A stretch of 64,000 bases of DNA from an uncultured delta proteobacterium. Its GTDB lineage: Bacteria > Desulfobacterota > Binatia > HRBIN30. Where the stretch lies: contig CAVSQF010000039.1 of assembly GCA_963729835.1 (NCBI GenBank), positions 386,801 through 450,800 of the forward strand, read 5' to 3'. This document shows positions 57,047-64,000 of the stretch, one piece after another. The translations under genes and the position numbers were made by a program. Each line of letters starts with the position of its first letter. Position 1 is the stretch's first letter. The notes beneath the pieces were generated by a model, which did no database searches, was not told the DNA's origin, and saw only the letters and a program-made list of their open reading frames with translations.

Positions 57047-59026
57047 ATGACAGATCCAACAACGACAGATCCGACAATGATACGCACGGCGCTGCTCCGG
57101 CCGGTTCGCGTCGCGCTCGCCTGGGTGCTGCTCGGCGCCCACAGCGGCCACGCGGCCGAGCGCTACGAAATGCCGAACTCGGTGCCGGCGCGCGCCACCG
57201 CCGAGCGCTGGTTGCGCGCCGCCGACCCGGATGAGGCGTTGGAGATGTCCGTCACCCTGCGGTTGCAGCACACCGACGCGCTCGCCGCACTGCTGGCGGC
57301 ACAACAGAACCCGGATTCCCAACAGTATCACCACTGGCTTACGCCGGATGAATTCGCGGCCCGGTTCGCGCCCGCGCTCGCCGACTATACCGCCGTTGTC
57401 GATTGGCTGCAGCAGGAGGGATTCACCGTGCACCAGCAGGTCAATGGCGCACGCATTGATTTCAGCGGGACGGTAGCTGACGTCGAGCGCGCCTTCGGCG
57501 TGCGCATGAGTCACTACAGCCATCGTGGTCGCGCCCCGCTGGCCAACGAAAATCCGCCGCAACTGCCCGCCGAGTTTCTCAACACGGTAGACCTCGTCCG
57601 GCTCAACACCTTCCCGCTGGCAGAGCCGCTGGCGCACATCGGCACTGCTGCTGCCTTCGTGATAGCCATGGCGCCGTCCGATATGTACATCGCGTATGAC
57701 ATGCAGCCGCTGCTCGACGCGGGAGTGAGCGGATCGGGGCAGACAATCGCTGTCGTGTCGCGCTCGGATTTCAACGCCAGCGACCTCACCAGTTTTGAAC
57801 AGCAATTCGATGTACCACTGCATGATCCGGTGAAGGTCTTTCCGACGACAAACCCCGGGATTGGAGCCGTCAATGGCGCCTGCCAAGGCATTCGCCAGCA
57901 GCGCCAGCTCCAAGCCTGCATCAGCGGGGAGGAAAGCGAGGTGCTTCTCGACACCGAGTGGGCCACCGCCATGGCGCCAGGGGCCTCGGTCCTCGTCGAC
58001 ATCAGCGGTGCCGACATCGACGTCTCGTTGCTGGACATCGTCACCCATCATCCGGAAGCCAAGATAATTACCATGAGTTTTGGATCGTGTGAGCGCTTGG
58101 ATAGCTCCGACCTCAGCGTGTTTGGGCACATGTACGCGCAGGCAGCGGCGCAGGGTCAAACCGTGATGGTGGCAGCGGGAGATAATGGCGTTGACGGTTG
58201 CCAAGATGGTGGTGGGCGCAGTGTCAACGTCTTGGCCAGTGATGCGAATGTGACCTCGGTTGGTGGGACAGCTCTCGACCCTGGATTTGACGCCAACGGC
58301 GACGCGACAAAATATGTCAGTGAAACCGTGTGGAACGATAGCAGTGGCGCTTCCGCTGGTGGTGCCAGCACTCTAGTGGTTAAGCCAAGCTACCAGAGCG
58401 CCCCAGGTGTTCCCGCTGACGGGGCGCGCGATCAGCCGGACGTCGCGCTAATGGCGAGCCCGTCAAAGGCGGGATACTTCATGGTGATCGAGGGGGCCGT
58501 AGCAGTGATTGGCGGCACGAGTGCGGCGGCGCCGAGCTGGGCTGGCATCGTGGCGCTGCTCAACGACGCGCTACACATCGACGGATCTGGCCCGCTGAAC
58601 TCCACCCTGTATGCACTTGGCCGGCAGCAGTACGCCGATAACGGTCCGGCCGTTTTTCACGACATCACCGTGGGCAACAACAGCTTCGACCATGTGGTCG
58701 GCTACAGCGCGGGCCCGGCCTACGATCTCTGCAGCGGCCTCGGGAGCCCGGATGTGGCGCTGTTGGCACACACCCTGAGCACGTTGGGCACCACGCCCAC
58801 GCCGGCCGCCACACAAACCCCGGCTCCGTCCCCCGGTCCCTGCATTGGCGACTGCAACAACGACCAGGTCGTAACAGTCGATGAGCTCCTCACACTGGTG
58901 GACATCTCCCTCGGCGTTGAGAACCTCTCCGCTTGCACAGCTGGAGATGCCAACCATGACGGCCAGATCACCGTCGACGAGATCCTGGCCGCCGTGCATA
59001 ACGCCCTCAACGGCTGCGGCGGCTGA
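57047..59026 (+). CDS. Sedolisin (S53) family serine-carboxyl peptidase with pro-kumamolisin-type propeptide and C-terminal dockerin-type module
   Basis: Signal peptide. S53 Ser motif GGTSAAAPSWAGIVALL. The C-terminus has DCNNDQVVTVDELLTLVDISLG ... DANHDGQITVDEILAAVHNAL. Confidence 0.85.
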   Translation: MTDPTTTDPTMIRTALLRPVRVALAWVLLGAHSGHAAERYEMPNSVPARATAERWLRAADPDEALEMSVTLRLQHTDALAALLAAQQNPDSQQYHHWLTPDEFAARFAPALADYTAVVDWLQQEGFTVHQQVNGARIDFSGTVADVERAFGVRMSHYSHRGRAPLANENPPQLPAEFLNTVDLVRLNTFPLAEPLAHIGTAAAFVIAMAPSDMYIAYDMQPLLDAGVSGSGQTIAVVSRSDFNASDLTSFEQQFDVPLHDPVKVFPTTNPGIGAVNGACQGIRQQRQLQACISGEESEVLLDTEWATAMAPGASVLVDISGADIDVSLLDIVTHHPEAKIITMSFGSCERLDSSDLSVFGHMYAQAAAQGQTVMVAAGDNGVDGCQDGGGRSVNVLASDANVTSVGGTALDPGFDANGDATKYVSETVWNDSSGASAGGASTLVVKPSYQSAPGVPADGARDQPDVALMASPSKAGYFMVIEGAVAVIGGTSAAAPSWAGIVALLNDALHIDGSGPLNSTLYALGRQQYADNGPAVFHDITVGNNSFDHVVGYSAGPAYDLCSGLGSPDVALLAHTLSTLGTTPTPAATQTPAPSPGPCIGDCNNDQVVTVDELLTLVDISLGVENLSACTAGDANHDGQITVDEILAAVHNALNGCGG

Positions 59027-59032
59027 TCAGCG

Positions 59033-59085
59033 GTCAACCAACAGACACCCTCGTCCGTTAAAAAACCTACGGAGGTCATTCCATG
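59033..59085 (+). promoter_or_regulatory. Conserved ECF-type promoter/RBS module, copy B, immediately upstream of the Spy-like gene
   Basis: tcaaccaacagacaccctcgtccgtta ... acggaggtcattccATG. Confidence 0.5.
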
Positions 59086-59562
59086 TCGATCCGCACCCTC
59101 ATGCTGGGAGGACTGGCCGTGATCAGTTCATGGTCGTTGCCGGCGTATGCCCAGTCACCGCAAGCACTTGCCGAAATGATGATGATGGGTGATGGGCCGG
59201 TACTGGTGATCCCCGTATTGCTCGAATTCGGCGATTTGACCGCCGAGCAAAGCGCTCAGGTACGCCAGATCGTTGAGGCGGAGCGTCCAAAGGTGCAGCG
59301 GCTCCTCGGCCAAGTCGCCGATGCGAATAATAAGTTGACTGACGCGCTGCTGGCGCCCGCAGCGGTGCGCGCGCGCGACGCTGGCGCGCTTGTGGAACGG
59401 CTGGCGCAGCTGCGCCTGCAGTTCATGCAAAGCGAGCTGACCACCGTCCTGGCTATCCGTAAAATTCTCACCCCCGAGCAGTTTGGTAAGGTGACCGCGG
59501 CGATGGACGAGATGAAGAGGGCTGGCACCCGCCCACTGGCGCCGGCTGCGGGCGCTTTCTGA
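59083..59562 (+). CDS. Periplasmic LTXXQ-motif (Spy/CpxP-like) protein
   Basis: Signal peptide, then LTAEQSAQVRQI... and ILTPEQFGKV repeats typical of the Spy/CpxP family. Confidence 0.7.
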   Translation: MSIRTLMLGGLAVISSWSLPAYAQSPQALAEMMMMGDGPVLVIPVLLEFGDLTAEQSAQVRQIVEAERPKVQRLLGQVADANNKLTDALLAPAAVRARDAGALVERLAQLRLQFMQSELTTVLAIRKILTPEQFGKVTAAMDEMKRAGTRPLAPAAGAF

Positions 59563-59867
59563 AGGATGACTTCCGTAGACCTTGCTCCAACCAATGCACC
59601 ACCATGCGACACGATGGCCCGGCACACTGATCGGCGCTGGCGTCCCACCGCTGCCAGGTTGCTCACACGGTCCCGGGCGTGCGCATGGCCGCTGCTACCC
59701 GTGCTTCCCCCGCCACGCGCCAGGGTGCGTCGGAGCGGATCTCCCCCCTCCACGAACCGGCCCCCTGGCGCGTGGTCTCGTCGGCCCGCCGAGGGCCGCC
59801 CCGCTCTCGACGTGGCTGTGCGTGTCCGCTACGATCGCTGCGACCGACCCGCCGCGAGGGAGCAAAT

Positions 59868-60444
59868 GGTCAGCCCACGGTTGGAGGGCTCTGTTATTGA
59901 AGATGGATGGATAAGCGTTGTGAGCGCGGGGGTGGATGAGCGGGTGGAGTACGACGAGCTGTACCGGCAGCACCACCCGCGCGTGCTGCGGCTGTGCCGG
60001 CAGTTACTCGCCGATCCGGACGAGGCACACGACGTAACCCAGGAGGTTTTTCTCAAGCTGTTCAAAGCCTTGCAGCTGCGTGACCGCGGGATCGTTTGGG
60101 CACCATGGCTGACCAGGGTAGCCGTGAACGCGTGTCATGACCGGCGACGTTCGGGATGGTGGAAGTGGTGGCGTGGAGAGCACCAGGAGTTCGTCGAGGC
60201 GCAGGTGGTTGCTCAAGACCCCAGTCCCGAAGGCCAGGCCATTAGCAACCAAACACGACGTGAGATCTGGGGCGCGCTCCGGCAACTATCCGCTCGGCAG
60301 CGAGAGGTGTTCATCTTGCGGCAATTGGAGGGCTGGTCGACCGAAGAAGTGGCCGAGTCACTCGGGGTGAGCCCTGGGAGTGTTAAGCGTCATCTCTATC
60401 GAGCGGTGCATACTCTGCGGACCGCATTGCGAGGTCACCGATGA
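59868..60444 (+). CDS. ECF (extracytoplasmic function) sigma-70 family factor
   Basis: Region 2 YRQHHPRVLRLCRQLLADPDEAHDVTQEVFLKLF. Region 4 LSARQREVFILRQLEGWSTEEVAESLGVSPGSVKRHLYRA. Confidence 0.85.
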
Positions 60445-60941
60445 GCCGATGTCTGAATGAACGGGCCCTTTTGGCAATCTACACGCACGAGGGGACAGCA
60501 GCCGAACAGGCCCACGTGCGGTTGTGCGCTGATTGCGCGGAACGCTACGAGCTGCTGGTCCGTGATCTCAAGACGATTGGTCAGGTGCTCGAAGCACTTC
60601 CACCGGCTTGGGAGGGCCAGCGCGTGTGGGCGTGGCGGGGACCGTGGCTACCTGTTGCGATTGCCGCTGGGGCGATTCTCGTCGTGGCCCTGGGGATCGC
60701 ACGGGTGCGACTATCATCACCGGTGCAGGTGGCGCTGAGCGTCAACGATGTCTCTGCGTTCACCGCCGACCTGTCCAACGCGCTGTTCGCGACCGGGGAC
60801 GCGAACGCCATTCCAGGGATGGTTGCTGAGGGGTCATACCTCGATGCGGCACTCGATGCGGGCTACTCCTGCACGCAGGACCGGTTCTTGACTGGCGAGT
60901 GTGATGATCAACTGTCCGCTCTCATGATTGAAAGTGACTGA
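60441..60941 (+). CDS. Zinc-finger (HxxxCxxC) anti-sigma factor with single TM helix
   Basis: HVRLCADCAERY. TM VAIAAGAILVVALGIA. ATGA-coupled to the ECF sigma gene. Confidence 0.7.
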   Translation: MSRCLNERALLAIYTHEGTAAEQAHVRLCADCAERYELLVRDLKTIGQVLEALPPAWEGQRVWAWRGPWLPVAIAAGAILVVALGIARVRLSSPVQVALSVNDVSAFTADLSNALFATGDANAIPGMVAEGSYLDAALDAGYSCTQDRFLTGECDDQLSALMIESD

Positions 60942-60958
60942 ATGAAGGAGATCGCCCG

Positions 60959-61441
60959 ATGACGAAGTACGCGATTGCAGTGACTGCGGCGGCCCTGATC
61001 AGCTTTGGGGCGGTGCCGCTGCAAGCACAACCGATGGGAGGGCCACCGATGGGTGGCATGATGCACGGGGACAGCCCGGCGATCATGCTCCGCATGGTCC
61101 TCAAGCAGGCCAATCTGACATCCGAGCAGCAGGACCAGGTGCGCAAGATCATGGAGGCCGACCACCAGAGTTTGCGTGCCCTTTTCACGCAACTGCAGGC
61201 GGCGAACAACCAGGTGGCTGAAAAGCTCTTTGCACCTGGAGCCGTGCAGGCGGCAGATCTGGTCCCGCTGGTGCAGAAAGTCACCCAGTTGCGACAGCAG
61301 TTGATGGAACAAGGCGTGAAAACCGCGCTGGCTATCCGCGCCGTGCTCACACCGCAACAGTTGGCCAAGGTAGCGCAGGTGCAAGCGCGTCTCGAGCAGT
61401 TGCAAGCTGAGATGCGCAGTATTCTCGAAGGCAACAACTAA
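60959..61441 (+). CDS. Periplasmic LTXXQ-motif (Spy/CpxP-like) protein, second copy
   Basis: Signal peptide. LTSEQQDQVRKIM ... LTPQQLAKVAQV. Confidence 0.7.
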   Translation: MTKYAIAVTAAALISFGAVPLQAQPMGGPPMGGMMHGDSPAIMLRMVLKQANLTSEQQDQVRKIMEADHQSLRALFTQLQAANNQVAEKLFAPGAVQAADLVPLVQKVTQLRQQLMEQGVKTALAIRAVLTPQQLAKVAQVQARLEQLQAEMRSILEGNN

Positions 61442-61445
61442 CAAC

Positions 61446-61649
61446 TTGTTGTCCCACGGTTACGTCGAGAGACCGCAGGCACCCATGGCGCAGGCTCCGC
61501 AAGCGGCGCCGCCACAGGGATCGGCGCCGCAGGCCCCGGCGCCGGGAACCTGGTACTACTGCGATGCCGCCAAGGCCTCCTACCCGTACGTCAGCGAGTG
61601 CAAGGAAGGCTGGCGCCCAGTGCCGGCTTTGCCACCCCAGACCCACTGA
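61446..61649 (+). CDS. Possible small Pro/Ala-rich protein with WYYCD...YPYVSECKEGW motif
   Basis: Short ORF 5 nt after the Spy-like gene. No RBS assessed. Weak. Confidence 0.3.
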   Translation: MLSHGYVERPQAPMAQAPQAAPPQGSAPQAPAPGTWYYCDAAKASYPYVSECKEGWRPVPALPPQTH

Positions 61650-61989
61650 GATGGGGGTGCAGCGCCGATACGCTCGCAGGTCTCCGAGACCGCGCCTCTC
61701 CACTATTCCACAATCGTCTCCCCTTGAGCAACACGATGACGTGCACGATGACCGACCGGCGGTCACGATAGCACCATGCCGCCAATCTCGGCTTCAACGG
61801 TCCTCGGTCCGGCACGCTGGCCACGCCATTCGCGCAGCGCATTCGATCATCACTGCAGGAAACTCGTGCCCGGTAATGGTCTCGGTTGGGTGTCGGAAAC
61901 CATCCCAATTGGCCTGCCAGCGTTGTCTTCCATCTCCGAGCTAGTGCCGGTAATGGTACTCCTTCACCACGCGGCCGTTCCGCTCGCCG

Positions 61990-62217
61990 CATCACACGAT
62001 CAGTGACGCCGGCCTCATCGGCGGCGGCACCATCCCGAAGCCCGGCGAGATGAGTCTGGCACATCACGGCGTGCTTTTCCTCGACGAGCTGCCGGAGTTT
62101 CGCAAGAACGTGTTGGAAGTGCTGCGCCAGCCGCTGGAGGAGATGCGCATCACGATTTCGCGGGCGGTCGGCTACCCTTTGAAGGATCTCATCCCGAAAC
62201 CCGTCCCCCGGTACTGA
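61990..62217 (+). pseudogene. comM: Internal fragment of a ComM/YifB (Mg-chelatase-like AAA+) gene
   Basis: Translates to ...[58 protein letters not shown], colinear with the central ~75 aa of ComM/YifB. No start codon or N-/C-terminal domains are present. Confidence 0.6.
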
Positions 62218-62926
62218 GCCGGGGACACACCCGCCGCCGACGGGCAATCATTAAGGCAAGAACCGGGATGCCAAGGAGCCACGTCGTCGCCGCCCCTTGC
62301 TCCCTGCCGATGTGGCAGCCTGTGCTCGCAGGACTACCAGTAATCGTAATCGTGCCGTTCACGCCGGTCCCCACGTATACGTTGCCAGACGAATCATCAA
62401 CTCCCACATCACTGATGGTCACAATCGACGTGCCACTGGCGGTCGCCGCAACGTTGACGTTACAGGTGTACAGGACCGACCCGTCGGGAATCACGTCGGT
62501 GTCGTTCAGCGTCTGCACCAGCGCCTTTACGCCTGTGCATGCGCTGCCGGTGCACTGCGCCGGTTGCAGCGTGAAACCGGTCGCAGCATTGTCGATCTCG
62601 AGGGCTGGATTGACGGCGCAATCGGGGTTGCCGCTCGCCGTCAGATTCAGTGTAACGTTGGTATTGTCGAAGGTGAGCGTGCTCTCCGTGACGACCACCT
62701 GCACGCCGCTCGAATGCAGGGTGACGCTGATCTGCACCTCAGAGCCGGGAGCCGCGCTGGCATCGCTGACTATCAGGGACGGCGTTTGCGCCATCGCGAC
62801 ACCGGAGCAGAGTGCCCCGGCGATAATCAAAGTGACAACAGCGGCTTTACGATTTGCTCGACTCCGGAATCCCAAACGCCTTTGCGATATCCGCGCTGAC
62901 CCCCAATGTAGGTCTCTCTTCACCAT
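62189..62926 (-). CDS. Secreted beta-rich protein with C-terminal GC-motif/TM helix/Arg-cluster sorting-type tail
   Basis: Signal peptide [22 protein letters not shown]-terminus ...[32 protein letters not shown]. Confidence 0.6.
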   Translation of the reverse strand: MVKRDLHWGSARISQRRLGFRSRANRKAAVVTLIIAGALCSGVAMAQTPSLIVSDASAAPGSEVQISVTLHSSGVQVVVTESTLTFDNTNVTLNLTASGNPDCAVNPALEIDNAATGFTLQPAQCTGSACTGVKALVQTLNDTDVIPDGSVLYTCNVNVAATASGTSIVTISDVGVDDSSGNVYVGTGVNGTITITGSPASTGCHIGREQGAATTWLLGIPVLALMIARRRRVCPRLSTGGRVSG

Positions 62927-63193
62927 CTTCGGTCTCCCAACGTAGATCCGGTGGCAATCCATCCGTGCACCCAGTTGCTTCTGATTTCACTCTGAGCGCT
63001 GCTCAGGAATTGCCCGCTCCATTCGGCAGCCGGTTTGCCGCCTGTCCGAGGTAATCCACACCGCACTGGTAAACTCCGAGAAGCCCTGCCGTGCCCTCGC
63101 CTGTGCCGCAATCATCGGCCGGCCTACACGGCCCGCCCCTTTGCTTGCCCTATTGTGTATTCAGTTGTCGCTCGACCCAGTGGTATTCCCGCG

Positions 63194-63682
63194 TCAGGGA
63201 TGCCCGTGATGGCGATATCCGTGATGCTGGGCGAGAAAAGCCTGACAAGTTGCCGACACCTTTTGATTATTTGTAACCGCTTGGCGCAGGCACTGGACTT
63301 GGCCCCGCGGGCCGGTGGTGACATTCGAGCAGAACTGCGAGACGTCGTTAGTGCACGCGGTATTGAACGCAGCTTGCCACGCAGCAATCTTAGCTTGCAT
63401 CTTGGTTAGCTGCGCCTCGCACTTCGGGAAATTGGAAATCGCGGACTGCTTGAGAAGACAGCTCGCAAACCCACCTGGGCCGGGCGTAGCCTCCGTACCG
63501 CAGAGCGTCTTCAGACAACTGCCGTAACCACCGGGACCGGGACCGGGTGTGACGCTGGGGCAAAGCTGCTGCAGCAGCGGACGACAGGCACCTCCACCAC
63601 GGGGGCCGTGGGCCAGAGCCGGTGCCGCAGCAACGGCTAAGGCGAGCGGGGCGACAAACAGAGCAAATCGTGATGTTCTCAT
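63194..63682 (-). CDS. Secreted cysteine-rich repeat protein
   Basis: RBS AAGGAGG precedes ATG. Signal peptide MRTSRFALFVAPLALAVAAAPALA. Repeated C...C...C units separated by PGPGG. Confidence 0.55.
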   Translation of the reverse strand: MRTSRFALFVAPLALAVAAAPALAHGPRGGGACRPLLQQLCPSVTPGPGPGGYGSCLKTLCGTEATPGPGGFASCLLKQSAISNFPKCEAQLTKMQAKIAAWQAAFNTACTNDVSQFCSNVTTGPRGQVQCLRQAVTNNQKVSATCQAFLAQHHGYRHHGHP

Positions 63683-64000
63683 TGCATCCTCCTTATTCCC
63701 GAAATCTAGGCCGTTACGGCAGCGCCAAGCCTGACGCAACGCGTCCTTGTCCGAACTAACGAATCCGCAGCCGCTACGGTTGACACATACAGTAAGCTCA
63801 CTTTAGTGTGCGGAAATCGGCTAGCCCCTTCGTTCTCGTAGGTGGTGCGGCAACATGTCAACCCGACGGCATGGTCGTTCGTTACTTCGACCGAGAGGCA
63901 TTGCGTGGATCACGTTCTGATCTTTGCCCCCCGGTGGCGAGGGCGCCGGGCGAATCCGCGCGACTTCGCCCGGTAAGGAACACCCATCTACACACCGCGT

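Noticed and set aside
56888-58204. 438-aa minus-strand ORF
   Set aside because: It lies antisense to the S53 peptidase gene.

Overview
This is a high-GC (~65%) bacterial chromosomal window with dense coding on both strands and no rRNA, tRNA, CRISPR array or obvious mobile element. The content (Thr-Pro linker giant surface proteins, DUF11 and YVTN repeats, dockerin modules, Hmc-type redox complex, sigma54 activators, ECF sigma with Spy-like proteins, GC-motif C-terminal sorting tails) suggests a deltaproteobacterial or Myxococcota-like or related uncultured lineage, but the taxonomy is not certain. By position the window holds the following.

- **1 to 11.9 kb:** secreted/surface repeat proteins. 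These are a 5'-truncated 1440+ aa DUF11/TPT-linker adhesin-like protein, an S8 peptidase with FG-GAP repeats, a secreted IPT-domain protein and a GH172/DUF2961 protein.
- **12 to 17 kb:** housekeeping and redox genes (two UspA, holA, two Zn-dependent alcohol dehydrogenases).
- **17 to 25 kb:** a minus-strand envelope operon (YVTN lipoprotein, TPR-OM-barrel, FecR-domain protein, lipoprotein) and an N-terminal-dockerin protein with PPC repeats.
- **25 to 30 kb:** ligA, acyP and a type IIA topoisomerase B subunit.
- **30.6 to 35.6 kb:** a Rieske/split cytochrome b complex with a ferredoxin and an octahaem cytochrome c.
- **35.7 to 43.5 kb:** a poorly characterised metallo-cofactor/regulatory island. 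It holds DUF1847, an FmdB zinc ribbon, DUF364/DUF4213, a TrmO-like protein, ArsR, DUF134, two NifX-like genes, a Cys-rich-PAS sigma54 activator and a WG-repeat protein.
- **43.5 to 49.5 kb:** a complete Hmc-type transmembrane electron-transfer complex in the unusual order E-F-A-B-C-D.
- **49.5 to 55.3 kb:** a two-component cluster (PAS kinase, three REC proteins, CGGC protein, membrane kinase).
- **56.4 to 63.7 kb:** an envelope-stress-like module (ECF sigma, anti-sigma, two LTXXQ/Spy-like proteins), a sedolisin with a C-terminal dockerin and several Cys-rich secreted proteins.

The main unusual signals are listed under findings. They are: a family of intergenic hairpins built from tandem degenerate heptamers; a 20-bp palindrome shared by the DUF1847 and DUF134 promoters; a sigma54 promoter upstream of the NifX-like/WG-repeat/Hmc operon; a duplicated ECF-type promoter module; dockerin modules; MYXO-CTERM-like tails; and five single-nucleotide frameshifts confined to large secreted-protein genes.
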